Shown here in pieces: positions 39,262 through 51,381 of a DNA stretch of 64,000 bases. The position numbers were made by a program, and so were the translations under genes. Positions within the stretch are counted from its first letter, which is position 1. Every line of letters starts with the position of its first letter. Origin of the DNA: Calditrichaceae bacterium (lineage in GTDB: Bacteria; Calditrichota; Calditrichia; Calditrichales; JBFXGD01); contig JBFXLE010000003.1 of assembly GCA_050173015.1 (NCBI GenBank), forward strand, positions 96,001 through 160,000. Direction: 5' to 3'. Under the pieces are notes generated by a model. That model was not told where the DNA came from, made no database searches, and saw only the letters and a list, made by a program, of their open reading frames with translations.

Positions 39262-41052
39262 ATGATCAAATTAACTATTCCGGAAGCTTTGTTGAATACT
39301 GTGGAAAAATTTAGTGATCGTCCCGGTCTTTTTTATAAACTTAACGGGCAATACCGGGAAATTAAATGGGGTGAAGTTCATCGGAAAGTTAATCAACTCG
39401 CATCATTCTTGTTAAAACAAGGGTTTCAGCGCGGTCAGCATGTGGCAATCCTTTCAGATACCCGTTATGAGTGGGCGATAGCCGATCTCGCGAGTCAGGC
39501 AATCGGCCTGGTTACCATACCTGTCTACCCGACTCTCAGGGAAGAACAAATCCAAAATATTATAATTCATTCGGAAGCCGGAGGTATTTTTGTATCCGAT
39601 GAATGGCAATTAGAAAAGATCAGGAAAATACGAAGTAATCTTCCGGACTTATTCCCGATTATCATATTTGATAAACCGGCAGAAGACTCAAACGATGTAA
39701 CTTCTCTTTCTGACGCGCTTGAAATTGGCGGCAATCACTCCGGGGATAAAGATATTTTGCGGGAAAATGTAAAATCCACAAAGCCCGATGATCTTGCCAG
39801 CATCATTTATACATCAGGCACTACAGGTGATCCCAAGGGGGTAATGCTCACCCACGATAACTTCATGTTTAATGTGCAAAGCTGCACGAATGTTGTGCCG
39901 GTTAATGAGCAGGACCTGTTTCTTTCATTTCTTCCTCTTAGCCATGTACTCGAGAGAATGGCTGGTTATTATCTTCCTCTCTATATTGGAGCTTCAATCG
40001 CATACGCTGAAAGCATAGATACTGTTGCTCAAAATATGGCAGAAATGAAACCGACAGTGATGATATCTGTGCCGCGGCTGTATGAAAAAATGAATGCAAA
40101 AATTATCGAGACCGTTGAGTCGGGCAGCTCAATCAAAAGAAAATTGTTCTATTGGGCGTTAAAAAAAGGGGAGGTATATTTTACGCGCCATTTAAATCAT
40201 GTATCGATACCTCTCGCCTGTAAAATTAAATTCAGTTTAGCCGATAAACTCGTTTTGTCAAAAATTCGCGAAAAAACAGGAGGCCGGCTCGGCTGTTTTA
40301 TTTCCGGCGGCGCGCCTCTGCAAAAAGAGACAGGTGAATTTTTTAAGAATATCGGAATTATTATACTCGAAGGTTTCGGATTAACAGAGACCAGTCCGGT
40401 TACAAACCTGAATCCTCCTGAAAAAATTAAATTCGGAACCGTTGGACCGGTTATACCGGGAGTCGATGTAAAAATAGCAGACGATGGAGAAATTTTGACA
40501 AAAAGCCGCAGTCTGATGAAGGGGTATTATAAGAACGAATCCGCTACAAGAGAAGCGATCGACTCTAAGGGATGGTTCCACACGGGAGATATTGGATTTC
40601 TTGATGAAGACGGTTATCTGAAAATTACGGACAGAAAGAAAAATATTTTAGTCACATCCGGTGGAAAAAACATCTATCCTCAACCGATTGAACAAAAGCT
40701 GAAGGATTCTGTCTATATCGCCGAGGCCGTCCTAATTGGTGATAAAAGAAATTATGTAACAGCGCTGCTCCTACCCGAGAAGGAGCAGTTGACCAAATTT
40801 GCTGTGAATGAAAATATTCAGTTGTCTGACATAAGTGAATTGATCCATCATCCGAAAATCATTGAATTATTTGATAAAATCGTCAGCGAAAGCATGGCTA
40901 ATTACGCCAGATACGAACAGGTCAAAAAATATACTGTGCTACCTGTTGAATTTTCAATTGATACCGGTGAATACACACCGACGTTGAAGATTAAGCGTAA
41001 AGTGATTGAAGAAAAGTTTATTGATGAAATTAATTCTATGTATGAAGGTTAG
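39262..41052 (+). CDS. fadD: Long-chain fatty acid--CoA ligase (AMP-binding)
   Basis: IIYTSGTTGDPKGVMLTH, FLPLSHVLER, EGFGLTET, GWFHTGDIG, ITDRKKN, TPTLKIKR. Confidence 0.9.
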   Translation: MIKLTIPEALLNTVEKFSDRPGLFYKLNGQYREIKWGEVHRKVNQLASFLLKQGFQRGQHVAILSDTRYEWAIADLASQAIGLVTIPVYPTLREEQIQNIIIHSEAGGIFVSDEWQLEKIRKIRSNLPDLFPIIIFDKPAEDSNDVTSLSDALEIGGNHSGDKDILRENVKSTKPDDLASIIYTSGTTGDPKGVMLTHDNFMFNVQSCTNVVPVNEQDLFLSFLPLSHVLERMAGYYLPLYIGASIAYAESIDTVAQNMAEMKPTVMISVPRLYEKMNAKIIETVESGSSIKRKLFYWALKKGEVYFTRHLNHVSIPLACKIKFSLADKLVLSKIREKTGGRLGCFISGGAPLQKETGEFFKNIGIIILEGFGLTETSPVTNLNPPEKIKFGTVGPVIPGVDVKIADDGEILTKSRSLMKGYYKNESATREAIDSKGWFHTGDIGFLDEDGYLKITDRKKNILVTSGGKNIYPQPIEQKLKDSVYIAEAVLIGDKRNYVTALLLPEKEQLTKFAVNENIQLSDISELIHHPKIIELFDKIVSESMANYARYEQVKKYTVLPVEFSIDTGEYTPTLKIKRKVIEEKFIDEINSMYEG

Positions 41053-41675
41053 AATATCTGTTTGTAAATCCATTTAACCGGGACAATGCGGGAAACATGA
41101 TTTTTATAGTCAGCGTAACGACTGCCAAACTCGGTGAGAAGCCTGCGCTCCTCAAAAATGGAACCGATATAAAAATACAGGATTAACCACAATAGAATCA
41201 GAAATTTGAAGATTGTCATGGCTGGTTCCAACAAAAATATCATTATCGAAAACAAATACAGCGGATGCCTGGATACCGCGTACATACCAGAGGTATTCAG
41301 GCGGTATCGCTCATCCGTAACAGCGGATTTTTCTCCTGTAAGATAGCGTTTCATTTGCGCGATACCCAGAAATTCCTGAGTATTAAAATCTCTTAATGTT
41401 AAAAGAATTCCACCCACCGCCAGAAGCTGAACAAGACGGAAGAGATACTCGCCCACACCTTCCATTTGCCATAACATCTCCGATGGTTTGGGTACAAAAT
41501 ACCATAATATAATAAAAAGCGTTGTCTGCAAAATATTGAAGGTAATACGGTATAAGCCGTAATACTCCGGAAATTTCTTTCGGAACCATCTTTTTACCCG
41601 TGTCCCGGCGAAAAGGCTGTGAATCATTGAATAAAATAAAAATATTAGTATCGTTGTAATAATCCGGTTCATTGC
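41049..41675 (-). CDS. Membrane methyltransferase, ICMT/NnrU/nurim (MddA-like) family
   Basis: IHSLFA, EFLGIAQ, GMYAVSRHPLY, EERRLLTEFGSRYADYK; start uncertain. Confidence 0.7.
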   Translation of the reverse strand, partial: AMNRIITTILIFLFYSMIHSLFAGTRVKRWFRKKFPEYYGLYRITFNILQTTLFIILWYFVPKPSEMLWQMEGVGEYLFRLVQLLAVGGILLTLRDFNTQEFLGIAQMKRYLTGEKSAVTDERYRLNTSGMYAVSRHPLYLFSIMIFLLEPAMTIFKFLILLWLILYFYIGSIFEERRLLTEFGSRYADYKNHVSRIVPVKWIYKQIF

Positions 41676-41823
41676 ACCCAAATTTTATTAGTGAATTATC
41701 ATTATATTTTCGATGCGCCATGGCTGTCATAGATACAATATCGGCATATCAAATTATTTCTTTCCGATAATAGGCTGTATCTCGTATATTTGTATAAATA
41801 AATTTTCCGAAAAACAATTCAAT

Positions 41824-42810
41824 ATGAAGAAGATAATAGGTATTACTCTCGGAGATCCGGCGGGCATTGGTCCGGAGATTGTTATAAAGGCGATTAGCCG
41901 CCATACCGAAATTTATGACAGGTGTTGTCCGGTTATCTACGGTGACCCGAACATTTTGAAATTTTACGGCAATTTACTCAGAATCAAGACAAGGATTGTT
42001 GAAATTGATGATCCCAATCAGCTCTCCGACGCCAAATCTGATGAAATATACTGCCTACCTGTATCCCGATCCAAAAACAAGATAATACACGGAAAAGTCG
42101 ATGGAAAATATGGCTTAATGGCTTACAATTATGTCTGTAAGGCGATCGATGACGCCCTTGAAGAAAAGCTTAGCGCGATCGTGACGGCACCGATTAATAA
42201 AGAAGCGTTTAAACTGGGTCGCGTCCCTTTTCTTGATCATACCGCGATATTGTCAAACAAAACAAACAGTCGGAATACCATGACACTGTTTGTAACGGGA
42301 AATTTACGAATATTCTTCTATTCCCGACATATCGCTTTCAGAGAAATCGCGGATTCGCTCAACAAATCAGACATAATTGAAGCGCTCCGGCAATGCCATA
42401 AGTATCTTGAAAAAATTGGAATCAAAAATCCTGAAATTGCGGTGGCCGCCTTAAATCCACATTCCGGTGAAAACGGTATGTTTGGAAGTGAAGAAATAGA
42501 TATATTAATTCCTGCCATCAAAACTCTTCGGAAATCCGGATTAAAAGTTGATGGTCCTGTCTCAGCCGATTCCGTTTTTCATCAGGCGGCGGAGGGTAGT
42601 TATGACGCCGTTCTTGCCTTGTACCACGATCAGGGTCATATTGCCGCAAAAACCTATGATTTTCACCGAACCGTCAGCCTCACACTCGGTCTTCCGTTTT
42701 TACGTACCTCTGTCGATCATGGCACGGCTATGGACATTGCGGGTAAAAATATGGCCAATGAAACCAGTATGGTTGAGGCCATCGATGCCGCGATCCGGTA
42801 TTCATGGTAA
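41824..42810 (+). CDS. pdxA: PdxA family 4-hydroxythreonine-4-phosphate/threonate-4-phosphate dehydrogenase
   Basis: ITLGDPAGIGPE, VTAPINKEA, LNPHSGE, LYHDQGHI, GLPFLRTSVDHGTAMDIAG. Start at MKKII. Confidence 0.9.
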   Translation: MKKIIGITLGDPAGIGPEIVIKAISRHTEIYDRCCPVIYGDPNILKFYGNLLRIKTRIVEIDDPNQLSDAKSDEIYCLPVSRSKNKIIHGKVDGKYGLMAYNYVCKAIDDALEEKLSAIVTAPINKEAFKLGRVPFLDHTAILSNKTNSRNTMTLFVTGNLRIFFYSRHIAFREIADSLNKSDIIEALRQCHKYLEKIGIKNPEIAVAALNPHSGENGMFGSEEIDILIPAIKTLRKSGLKVDGPVSADSVFHQAAEGSYDAVLALYHDQGHIAAKTYDFHRTVSLTLGLPFLRTSVDHGTAMDIAGKNMANETSMVEAIDAAIRYSW

Positions 42811-43045
42811 ACTAAGAGTTTCACACAGAATCAGTCTGTTAATCAAATGTCGATATTGTAATGAAGTCAGGTTGAGTTTTTATTAAAAATTGAGTATTCT
42901 TTCATCAATGTTTATTCAAAAATAATTTAATAATGATTAAAATATGATGTGCTATTTAAAGAGAAGCAGTTTTCAACCGGAAATGACGGTAATCTAATAA
43001 GAACAAATTATCATAAACCCTAAATCTGAAAAACAAGGTTTTTAA

Positions 43046-46000
43046 ATGCGGAATAAATTTTATCCTGACCACGCCATACATAAACATTTAGAAAAACGAA
43101 TTCTCATTTTGGATGGCGCGATGGGTACCATGATTCAGCAATACAGACTTAAAGAGGCTGATTTTCGCGGTACCAGATTCAAGGATCATCCGATTGAGTT
43201 AAAAGGGAATAATGACTTACTTTCCCTTACTCAGCCCCGGATTATTGAAGAAATACATCACGCTTATCTTCAGGCCGGCGCGGACATCATCGAAACAAAT
43301 ACTTTCAATGCCAATGGAATTTCCATGCAGGATTACCGGCTGACCGATTTGATTTATGAGTTAAACCTGGAATCAGCCGTGATAGCCAGACAAGCCGCAA
43401 ACGCGTTCACAAATTCTGAACCATTGAAACCGCGATTCGTGGCCGGTGCCATCGGACCCACCAACCGAACTCTTTCCATGTCTCCCAAGGTGAATGACCC
43501 TGCCTTCAGAGCCGTTACCTTCGATGAGATGGTTCAGGCATATTATGATCAGGTCCGGGGATTGGTGGACGGCGGGGTTGATTTGCTTCTTATTGAAACG
43601 ATATTCGATACTTTGAACGCAAAAGCCGCCATTTATGCCGTCGAAAAATATGCTGAAAAAATTGACAAAAAAATCCCGCTAATGCTGTCAGTTACCATTG
43701 TCGATATGAGCAACCGGACACTTTCAGGGCAGACCCTTGAAGCATTCTGGATTTCGGTCAAACACGCCGATCTGTTGAGTGTCGGAATTAATTGCGCCCT
43801 CGGGCCTAAACAGATGCGTCCTCATATAGAAGAGATTTCAAGGATGGCCCCCATTTATACAAGTGTATACCCAAACGCGGGGCTCCCGAATGAATTCGGC
43901 GGATACGATGAAAGCCCGTCACAAATGGCTGAAGTTCTTTCCGAATTCGCGAAGAGCGGATTTATCAACATCGCCGGAGGCTGCTGCGGAACAACTCCCG
44001 ATCATATCCACGCCTTCGCCGAGGCACTGAATAGAATACCACCGAGAAAAATTCCGGTTGTGGAGACGCGCAGCAAATTTAGCGGCCTCGAACCTTTCAC
44101 CATTCTTCCCACATCCAATTTTGTAAATATCGGTGAACGCTGCAATGTGACCGGGTCGCGTCGTTTTGCAAGACTTATTAAGGACGGTGAATATGAAACA
44201 GCCCTGGATATCGCGCGGAGTCAGGTCGAAAACGGGGCCCAAATCCTTGATATTAATATGGATGATGCTCTTCTTGATTCCGAATCGGGTATGACGCATT
44301 TTCTGAATCTGATTTCCTCCGAACCGGATATCGCGAAAGTCCCTTTAATGCTGGATTCTTCCAAATGGTCTGTAATCACGGCTGGGTTGAAATGTGTCCA
44401 GGGTAAATGCATTGTAAACTCTATCAGTCTTAAAGAGGGAGAAAAGACATTTCTCGAGCACGCCCAAACAGCAAGGAAGTTTGGCGCGGCGGTCGTCGTC
44501 ATGGCGTTTGATGAGAGCGGACAGGCGGAAACAGTTCAACGAAAAGTTGATATCTGTAAGCGCGCGTATAAAATTCTGACAGAACAGGTAAATTTTGATC
44601 CGCGTGATATCATTTTCGATCCGAATATTTTCGCGGTTGCGACCGGAATAGAATCCCATAACGACTATGCCCTTAATTATCTCGAAGCGGTACGTCAGAT
44701 CAAAGCCGAAATTCCGCATATTCTTGTCAGCGGCGGGTTAAGCAATCTTTCCTTTTCTTTTCGCGGAAATGACGCTGTCAGGGAAATTATGCATTCATCA
44801 TTTCTTTATCACGCCATACAGGCCGGAATGGATATGGGAATTGTGAATGCCGGACAGATTACCGTATATGAAGAAATACCAAAGAAAGATCTTGACCTGA
44901 TTGAAGATGTTTTGTTTAACAGACGTCCTGACGCCACGGACAGACTGATTCATTTTGCTGAAAATGTCATTAAAAAGGATAAGACCGCCCAAATCGAATC
45001 TTTATGGCGTAAGGAATCCGTTGAAGAGCGTCTTAAGCACGCTCTGATCAGAGGTATCGTGGAATTTATTGATCATGACACAGATGAAGCCATGAAAAAA
45101 TATGGTGATCCATTGCTTGTCATTGAAGGTCCGCTAATGGATGGTATGAATACGGTGGGAGATCTTTTCGGATCAGGAAAAATGTTTCTGCCTCAGGTGG
45201 TTAAGAGTGCCAGGGTGATGAAAAAATCGGTCGCGTATCTTACACCGTTTCTCGATGCGAATAAATCCAAAGCAAAAATTAAAAACGCCGGAAAGATCCT
45301 GCTGGCCACCGTTAAGGGAGACGTTCATGATATCGGAAAAAATATAGTTGGCGTCGTTCTCGGCTGCAACAATTATGAAATTATAGATCTTGGTGTGATG
45401 GCGCCGGTTGAAAAAATTCTTGAGAGCGCGGTTGAACACGAGGTTGATATCATCGGTTTAAGCGGATTGATAACCCCATCACTTGACGAGATGGTTCATG
45501 TCGCCGGGGAAATGCAGCGCCTGGGATTCAAAATCCCCCTTCTTATCGGCGGCGCGACAACATCCAAAAAGCATACCGCGGTTAAGATTGACGAGGCCTA
45601 CACTTCCGCTGTCATGTATGTCCCGGACGCGTCAAAAGCGGTTGGTGTTGTCAGTAATCTGCTCAATGATCATCAAAAAAACACATTTGTTCAGACAACA
45701 AAAACTGAATATGGTTCCATACGCGATAACTACCGGAAACAAAGTCTAAAGTCAGTTTTATTGCCCATCAGTGACGCCAGGGCAAACAAACTGCACACCG
45801 AATGGAATAAAATCAATATTGCCCGGCCGGACTTTTTGGGAAATCGTGTCTTTGATAACTATTCGCTTGAAGATATCAGAAAACGAATTGACTGGACACC
45901 ATTTTTTACAGTATGGGAAATGAAAGGCCGATACCCGGATATCCTTTCTGATGAAAAAACCGGCTCAGAAGCAAAAAAACTTTTTGATGACGCCAATAAC

Positions 46001-46732
46001 CTGTTGAACAGAATCATTGAAGATAAATTGCTTACCGCCAGAGCCGTTATCGGATTATACCCTGCTCAAAGCGTCGGAGATGATATAGAAATCTATTCCG
46101 ACGAAAAACGAAATAAAAGTATCGCCGTTGTCCATACCCTGAGACAACAAATGCAAAAAAATAATTTAAGACCCAACTTATCACTGTCAGATTTTATCGC
46201 GCCCGCTGATAGCGCGGTTAGCGATTATATCGGTTTTTTTGCTGTAACCGCCGGAATTGGCATTGAAAAATTGATCCGTCAATTTGAAGCTGAGCATGAT
46301 GATTATAGCATGATTCTTACCAAAGCTCTCGCTGACCGTCTCGCTGAAGCCTTCGCGGAACTAATGCATGAGCGTACACGGAAAGAGTTCTGGGGATACG
46401 ACCCAAACGAGAATCTTTCCAATGATAAAATAATTCAGGAAGCTTACACCGGGATACGACCCGCGCCGGGATATCCCGCATGCCCGGACCATACTGAGAA
46501 GAGAATTTTATTTGATCTCCTGAATGTCACGGAAAATATTGGCGTCGCTTTAACAGATCATTTTGCCATGAGTCCGGCCGCCTCCGTCAGCGGGTATTAT
46601 TTCTCACATCCTGAGTCAGAATATTTTGGAATCGGTAAGCTTGCAAAGGATCAGGTAACGGAATACGCCCGGCGCAAAGGCATGAGTATACAAACTGTTG
46701 AAAAATGGTTGTCACCCAATTTATCCTATTAG
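43046..46732 (+). CDS. metH: Cobalamin-dependent methionine synthase
   Basis: [62 protein letters not shown]; 1228 aa. Confidence 0.98.
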   Translation: MRNKFYPDHAIHKHLEKRILILDGAMGTMIQQYRLKEADFRGTRFKDHPIELKGNNDLLSLTQPRIIEEIHHAYLQAGADIIETNTFNANGISMQDYRLTDLIYELNLESAVIARQAANAFTNSEPLKPRFVAGAIGPTNRTLSMSPKVNDPAFRAVTFDEMVQAYYDQVRGLVDGGVDLLLIETIFDTLNAKAAIYAVEKYAEKIDKKIPLMLSVTIVDMSNRTLSGQTLEAFWISVKHADLLSVGINCALGPKQMRPHIEEISRMAPIYTSVYPNAGLPNEFGGYDESPSQMAEVLSEFAKSGFINIAGGCCGTTPDHIHAFAEALNRIPPRKIPVVETRSKFSGLEPFTILPTSNFVNIGERCNVTGSRRFARLIKDGEYETALDIARSQVENGAQILDINMDDALLDSESGMTHFLNLISSEPDIAKVPLMLDSSKWSVITAGLKCVQGKCIVNSISLKEGEKTFLEHAQTARKFGAAVVVMAFDESGQAETVQRKVDICKRAYKILTEQVNFDPRDIIFDPNIFAVATGIESHNDYALNYLEAVRQIKAEIPHILVSGGLSNLSFSFRGNDAVREIMHSSFLYHAIQAGMDMGIVNAGQITVYEEIPKKDLDLIEDVLFNRRPDATDRLIHFAENVIKKDKTAQIESLWRKESVEERLKHALIRGIVEFIDHDTDEAMKKYGDPLLVIEGPLMDGMNTVGDLFGSGKMFLPQVVKSARVMKKSVAYLTPFLDANKSKAKIKNAGKILLATVKGDVHDIGKNIVGVVLGCNNYEIIDLGVMAPVEKILESAVEHEVDIIGLSGLITPSLDEMVHVAGEMQRLGFKIPLLIGGATTSKKHTAVKIDEAYTSAVMYVPDASKAVGVVSNLLNDHQKNTFVQTTKTEYGSIRDNYRKQSLKSVLLPISDARANKLHTEWNKINIARPDFLGNRVFDNYSLEDIRKRIDWTPFFTVWEMKGRYPDILSDEKTGSEAKKLFDDANNLLNRIIEDKLLTARAVIGLYPAQSVGDDIEIYSDEKRNKSIAVVHTLRQQMQKNNLRPNLSLSDFIAPADSAVSDYIGFFAVTAGIGIEKLIRQFEAEHDDYSMILTKALADRLAEAFAELMHERTRKEFWGYDPNENLSNDKIIQEAYTGIRPAPGYPACPDHTEKRILFDLLNVTENIGVALTDHFAMSPAASVSGYYFSHPESEYFGIGKLAKDQVTEYARRKGMSIQTVEKWLSPNLSY

Positions 46733-46776
46733 ATAAAACAAAATAAATAAAAATGTCTTATTCGGGGTAGTTCAAA

Positions 46777-47481
46777 ATGGCTGGAAAAAATCAACTGACA
46801 ATCGAATACATCTTTAGTTTTGAAGACGGACGTAAAGCGACTTTTTTGATAAAGTTAGATTCGGGCACACTTCGATATGTTTCAGAAAAGAATGATCATC
46901 CCCCTGACTGGGCGCGGCTGGAATTTGAACAATGCCCGAATTGCACTCTCAGAAATGAAGAGACGCCTTATTGCCCCGTCGCAAAAAACCTGAATCATAT
47001 CATTCCGTCATTTTCTGAAGTTAAATCGTTTGATACCGTCCTTGTTCTGGTTAAAACGGATGAACGCAATTTTGCCAAAAAGACAAGTATTCAACGTGGT
47101 CTCAGTTCGATGTTGGGGATTTATATGGTGACTACAGGCTGCCCGATTCTGTCGAAACTGAAACCGATGGTCAGACACCATTTACCGTTTGCCACAGTTG
47201 AAGAAACCATTTTCCGGTCAGCCAGCACATATCTTCTTGGACAATATTTTAAATATAAAAAGGGACAAATCGCCGACCTTGATCTTGCCGGTCTTGCCAA
47301 AATATATGAAGAAATTCAAACGGTTAACATCGCGCTCGCTGACAGGTTGAGAGCAATCCCGGCAAAAGACGCGAACGTCAACGCTTTGGTGGTTCTGGAT
47401 GTGTTCGCCAAAGAAATGCCCTATTCGGTGGAATCCAGTCTCAAAGACCTTGAATACCTGTTTTCTGATGAAATAGAATAG
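46777..47481 (+). CDS. Conserved hypothetical protein with Cys motifs (DUF6901-like)
   Basis: PPDWARLEFEQCPNC..YCPVA, MVTTGCPILSKLKPMVRHHLPFA. Confidence 0.55.
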   Translation: MAGKNQLTIEYIFSFEDGRKATFLIKLDSGTLRYVSEKNDHPPDWARLEFEQCPNCTLRNEETPYCPVAKNLNHIIPSFSEVKSFDTVLVLVKTDERNFAKKTSIQRGLSSMLGIYMVTTGCPILSKLKPMVRHHLPFATVEETIFRSASTYLLGQYFKYKKGQIADLDLAGLAKIYEEIQTVNIALADRLRAIPAKDANVNALVVLDVFAKEMPYSVESSLKDLEYLFSDEIE

Positions 47482-47542
47482 TGTTCCGTGATGTTAACAG
47501 ATCTTGATTTCAATACAATTTAAATATTGGAGGTATGAATCA

Positions 47543-49237
47543 ATGACCAGTAATAAATTTATTTTTACCATTTTGCTTGGAGTTATGATGATCTCAGTTT
47601 CCTGCTCTGAAAAACATGAATATCCTTTATCGGAAGAAGGCTTTAATAATTACACCATCAACTTTGAGAAAAAGCTGGCTCCCCTTGAGAACAGGAATAA
47701 TCTTGCCGAATGGAATGCGTATATCACCGGGCAGGATAAATATTTTAAAGAAGCGGATGAGGCATCGCTACAAATTGACGCTCTGTATCAAAACCGGAAA
47801 CACTTTGCGTATATCAAAGAACTGAAAGAAAAAAATCTTGTAAAAGATGAATTATTAAAACGCCAACTGGATGTTCTCTACTATTCCTTTCTCAAGAAGC
47901 AGGGAAATCCCGAACTGAATAAGGAGATAACCGAACTTACCAGTGAAATTTCTCAGAAATTTATCAACTTCCGGGCTGAATATGACGGAAAAACAGTGAC
48001 GGATAATCAAATAACTGAACTGCTTAAATCCGAGAAAAATTTACAAAAGCGTGAAGGCGCGTGGCGCGCTCAGAAAGAAGCAGGGAAATTAATCGCCGCT
48101 GATCTTCAGAAGCTGGTCAAATTGAGAAACAAAATGGCGGCGGAGCTCGGATTCAGCAATTATTATGAATTGGCGCTGATGAGTAAAGAGCAAGACCCCG
48201 CGGATGTAAAACATACTTTCGAAGAACTTGCCGCTTTAACGGACGAACCATTCAGAGCCGTTCACGACGAGGTCGAGACGGTTCTCAGCAAAAGGTTCGG
48301 CATCGCTAAAGATGAATTGCGTCCGTGGCATTATGAAGATTTATTTTCACAGGAAGCTCCTGCCATCTATCAGGTAAATCTTGATACTTATTTTAAAAAT
48401 GTAGATATGCCGTCGCTCGCGGAAAATTATTACCGGAGTTTTGGCATGGATATTAAACCCATTCTGGCGGCCAGTGATCTATATGAAAAAGAAGGAAAAA
48501 ATCAGCATGCGTTCTCTTTTTGCATGGATCGGGGTCAGGACATCCGCGTACTTCTCAATATTGTCCCCAACCAGCGCTGGATGGACACCATGATGCATGA
48601 ATCCGGACACGCGGTATTTGATAAATATATAAATACGGAACTGCCATATTTGCTCCGTACTCCCGCCCACTCATTTACCACTGAAGGAATCGCCATGTTT
48701 TTCGGCGGTATGGCATCCAATCCGTTATGGATGAAGCAGGCGCTAAACATGAATGAAAATGAAATCGGTAAAATCAGAGAGACTATAAAACAGAGTGACC
48801 GCCTGGCGAAAATGATGTTCGCCCGCTGGTCTCTGGTCATGAAATTTTTTGAAGAGAAGATGTACGCTGACCCCGACCAGGACTTAAATAAATTATGGTG
48901 GGATCTTGTCGAACGTTATCAGTACATCACGCGGCCGGAGAACCTAAACGGAGGCGAATGGGCCTCAAAAGTTCACCTGATCGGTTATCCCGCGTATTAC
49001 CATAACTATCTATTGGGTGAGCTATTCGCCGCGCAGATAAAGCATACGGTGGCCGAAGAAGCATACGACCATGTTGATCCATCAGAAGTGACTTTCTGGG
49101 ATAATCCAAAGGCCGGGCAATTACTCAAGGATAAAGTTTTCATGCCGGGAAACCGCTGGTATTGGAATGAAATGATACAAAACGCGACCGGGGAAAAACT
49201 GACGGCAAAATATTTTGTCGCTACCTATATCGAATAA
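47543..49237 (+). CDS. M3/M2-like zinc metallopeptidase, lipoprotein
   Basis: Lipobox VSC; HESGH zinc motif, TEGIAM, HLIGYPAYYHNYLLG; RBS GGAGG before ATG 47543. Confidence 0.85.
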   Translation: MTSNKFIFTILLGVMMISVSCSEKHEYPLSEEGFNNYTINFEKKLAPLENRNNLAEWNAYITGQDKYFKEADEASLQIDALYQNRKHFAYIKELKEKNLVKDELLKRQLDVLYYSFLKKQGNPELNKEITELTSEISQKFINFRAEYDGKTVTDNQITELLKSEKNLQKREGAWRAQKEAGKLIAADLQKLVKLRNKMAAELGFSNYYELALMSKEQDPADVKHTFEELAALTDEPFRAVHDEVETVLSKRFGIAKDELRPWHYEDLFSQEAPAIYQVNLDTYFKNVDMPSLAENYYRSFGMDIKPILAASDLYEKEGKNQHAFSFCMDRGQDIRVLLNIVPNQRWMDTMMHESGHAVFDKYINTELPYLLRTPAHSFTTEGIAMFFGGMASNPLWMKQALNMNENEIGKIRETIKQSDRLAKMMFARWSLVMKFFEEKMYADPDQDLNKLWWDLVERYQYITRPENLNGGEWASKVHLIGYPAYYHNYLLGELFAAQIKHTVAEEAYDHVDPSEVTFWDNPKAGQLLKDKVFMPGNRWYWNEMIQNATGEKLTAKYFVATYIE

Positions 49238-49266
49238 CCGGCGATCATTTTAGAAATTACAGAATG

Positions 49267-49950
49267 TTAATAATCAGGTCGTTGATGGTATGGTATCGGG
49301 TCATCAGATCCGGCAATGCGGAATCCGCGAAGTCTTAACGCGCAACTGTCACAGACACCGCAGGCCTTATCTTCACTCTTATAGCAAGACCAGGTTTTAT
49401 CGAGAGGGGCTTTCAATTCAAGCCCCTTTTTCACAATTTCCCATTTTTTCAGGTCGATAATCGGGGTCATTATCTCAATATTCGTTTCCGGTTTTGTTCC
49501 CATCCGGATAACCTGATTAAATGCCTGAAAAAAATTGAGACGGCAATCGGGATAACCCGATGAATCTTCTTCCACCGCGCCTATAAAAATTTTCGTGGCT
49601 CCTGATACTTCAGCATAACTCGTTGCTATGGACAGTATATTCGCGTTACGAAATGGAACATAGGTAGAGGGAATTTGATCTGATTCAATATTGGCTTCGC
49701 TGACTTCCATATTCATATCGGTTAGACTTGATCCGCCGATTTGATTAAAAAATGCCGCGTCAACGAGAAGACGGTCCTTCACTCCAAAAAAATCCGCTAT
49801 TTCCTTAAAAGCCCTCAGTTCACGTTTTTCGGTTCTCTGACCGTAATTCAGATGCAGGAATGCGAGTTCATAGTTCAAATTGGCAATCGCGGCGGTCACA
49901 CAACTATCAAGCCCTCCCGAGACAAGAACAACTGCTTTCCCGCTTTTCAT
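49267..49950 (-). CDS. queC: 7-cyano-7-deazaguanine synthase
   Basis: [36 protein letters not shown]. Confidence 0.96.
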   Translation of the reverse strand: MKSGKAVVLVSGGLDSCVTAAIANLNYELAFLHLNYGQRTEKRELRAFKEIADFFGVKDRLLVDAAFFNQIGGSSLTDMNMEVSEANIESDQIPSTYVPFRNANILSIATSYAEVSGATKIFIGAVEEDSSGYPDCRLNFFQAFNQVIRMGTKPETNIEIMTPIIDLKKWEIVKKGLELKAPLDKTWSCYKSEDKACGVCDSCALRLRGFRIAGSDDPIPYHQRPDY

Positions 49951-50306
49951 CGATTTTCGTCCTGTTGCTCATTATCATGCACAGCCACAACAGTCGAATA
50001 TATGCCTCCGCGTATTGTAAATTCACCCGTTACCTTCATAAACCGGGGTTCGCAGGCCTTGACCATATCATCCAGAATTTCATTGATCACAGACTCGTAA
50101 AATATTCCTTTGTTTCTAAAATCGAGAAAATAATATTTTAATGATTTTAATTCGATACATATTTTATCCGGAATATATTCGATTGTGATGGTCCCAAAAT
50201 CCGGTAAGCCTGTTTTTGGACAAACAGATGTAAATTCTTCGTTAACATGGGTGATATAATAATCTCTGTTTGGAAATTGATTTTCAAATACTTCTATCTC
50301 TGCCAA
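49947..50306 (-). CDS. queF: preQ1 synthase (type I QueF)
   Basis: [30 protein letters not shown]. Confidence 0.95.
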   Translation of the reverse strand: MAEIEVFENQFPNRDYYITHVNEEFTSVCPKTGLPDFGTITIEYIPDKICIELKSLKYYFLDFRNKGIFYESVINEILDDMVKACEPRFMKVTGEFTIRGGIYSTVVAVHDNEQQDENR

Positions 50307-50351
50307 TTTTATCTCCTTCTCGTTTCAAGTCACTTGATGATGAGTAAGTTC

Positions 50352-51032
50352 TCAGACTCCCCTTTTATCAGGACTCCAGATATATTTGTGAATTTGCAGT
50401 TGAAACCGGATATCAAGCCGGTCCGCGAGTATCCATTCAGCCATTTCATTTAAACTGATTTCACCAAAAACGGGCGACATTAAAACAGTGCATTTATCTG
50501 ATAACTCAAATTTGGAAATGATTTCCTTTGCCCAGTCATAATCATTCCTGTCTCCGATGACAAATTTCACCTGATCATTGATCGTCAGACTGCTGATATT
50601 TTCCCATCGGTTTTTCTCCGATTCCCCGCTGGATGGACATTTGATATCCATAATTCGTTTCACCCTTGAATCAATAGGGCTTATATCCAGATGTCCCGCT
50701 GTTTCTATCAGAACTTCAAACCCATCATCACAAAGCATCTTCATTAAAGGCAGAACATTTTCCTGGATTAACGGCTCACCTCCGGTAATTTCCACAAGAT
50801 TACAGTCAAATTTACGGATTTCATTCAGTATTTCGGGAAAAGAATAATTACTGCCTTCATAAAACGCATACTCGGTATCACAATAACTACAGCGTAGATT
50901 ACAATAAGTTAAACGAACAAATACGCATGGCAAACCAGAAAATGTTGATTCACCCTGAATGCTGTAAAATATTTCATTTATTTTCAGAGTTAACGCGTCA
51001 TCGGTACTGTTTTTATTTTTCACTGTATTCAA
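50352..51032 (-). CDS. queE: 7-carboxy-7-deazaguanine synthase (radical SAM)
   Basis: INEIFYSIQGE, FVRLTYCNLRCSYCDT, ITGGEPL, QIHKYIW. Start assigned to TTG 51032. Confidence 0.95.
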   Translation of the reverse strand: MNTVKNKNSTDDALTLKINEIFYSIQGESTFSGLPCVFVRLTYCNLRCSYCDTEYAFYEGSNYSFPEILNEIRKFDCNLVEITGGEPLIQENVLPLMKMLCDDGFEVLIETAGHLDISPIDSRVKRIMDIKCPSSGESEKNRWENISSLTINDQVKFVIGDRNDYDWAKEIISKFELSDKCTVLMSPVFGEISLNEMAEWILADRLDIRFQLQIHKYIWSPDKRGV

Positions 51033-51381
51033 CGAGGTATTTCTCCGTCTCCCACAGACTGATCTTTGCCATATGTATGCCTTCAGGCAGCAATCGATCA
51101 ATTTCTTCAAAAAAGTATTTTGCCACGTTTTCAGCGGTAGGATTTATCTTGTCAAAAGGAGCGATCTCATTAAAATTTTGATGATCGTAACGACCTGCTA
51201 CTTTCCACGTGATATCTTTCAGATCTTTAAAGTCGATAGCCATACCGATTTCGTTAAGAACACTCGCAGTTACATCGACTTTTAATTTCCAATTGTGCCC
51301 ATGCAGCCGGGCGCAGGGCCCTTCGTAACCGCGAATAAGATGTGCCGCGGATATATTTGTTTGAATTGATAAACGATACAT
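51013..51381 (-). CDS. queD: 6-carboxytetrahydropterin synthase
   Basis: AAHLI..YEGPCARLHGHNW, IDFKDLK, NPTAENVA, LWETE. Confidence 0.95.
   Translation of the reverse strand: MYRLSIQTNISAAHLIRGYEGPCARLHGHNWKLKVDVTASVLNEIGMAIDFKDLKDITWKVAGRYDHQNFNEIAPFDKINPTAENVAKYFFEEIDRLLPEGIHMAKISLWETEKYLVEYSEK

Noticed and set aside
42811-43045. Possible SAM or cobalamin riboswitch upstream of metH
   Set aside because: AT-rich, with no SAM-I core or B12-box recognisable.
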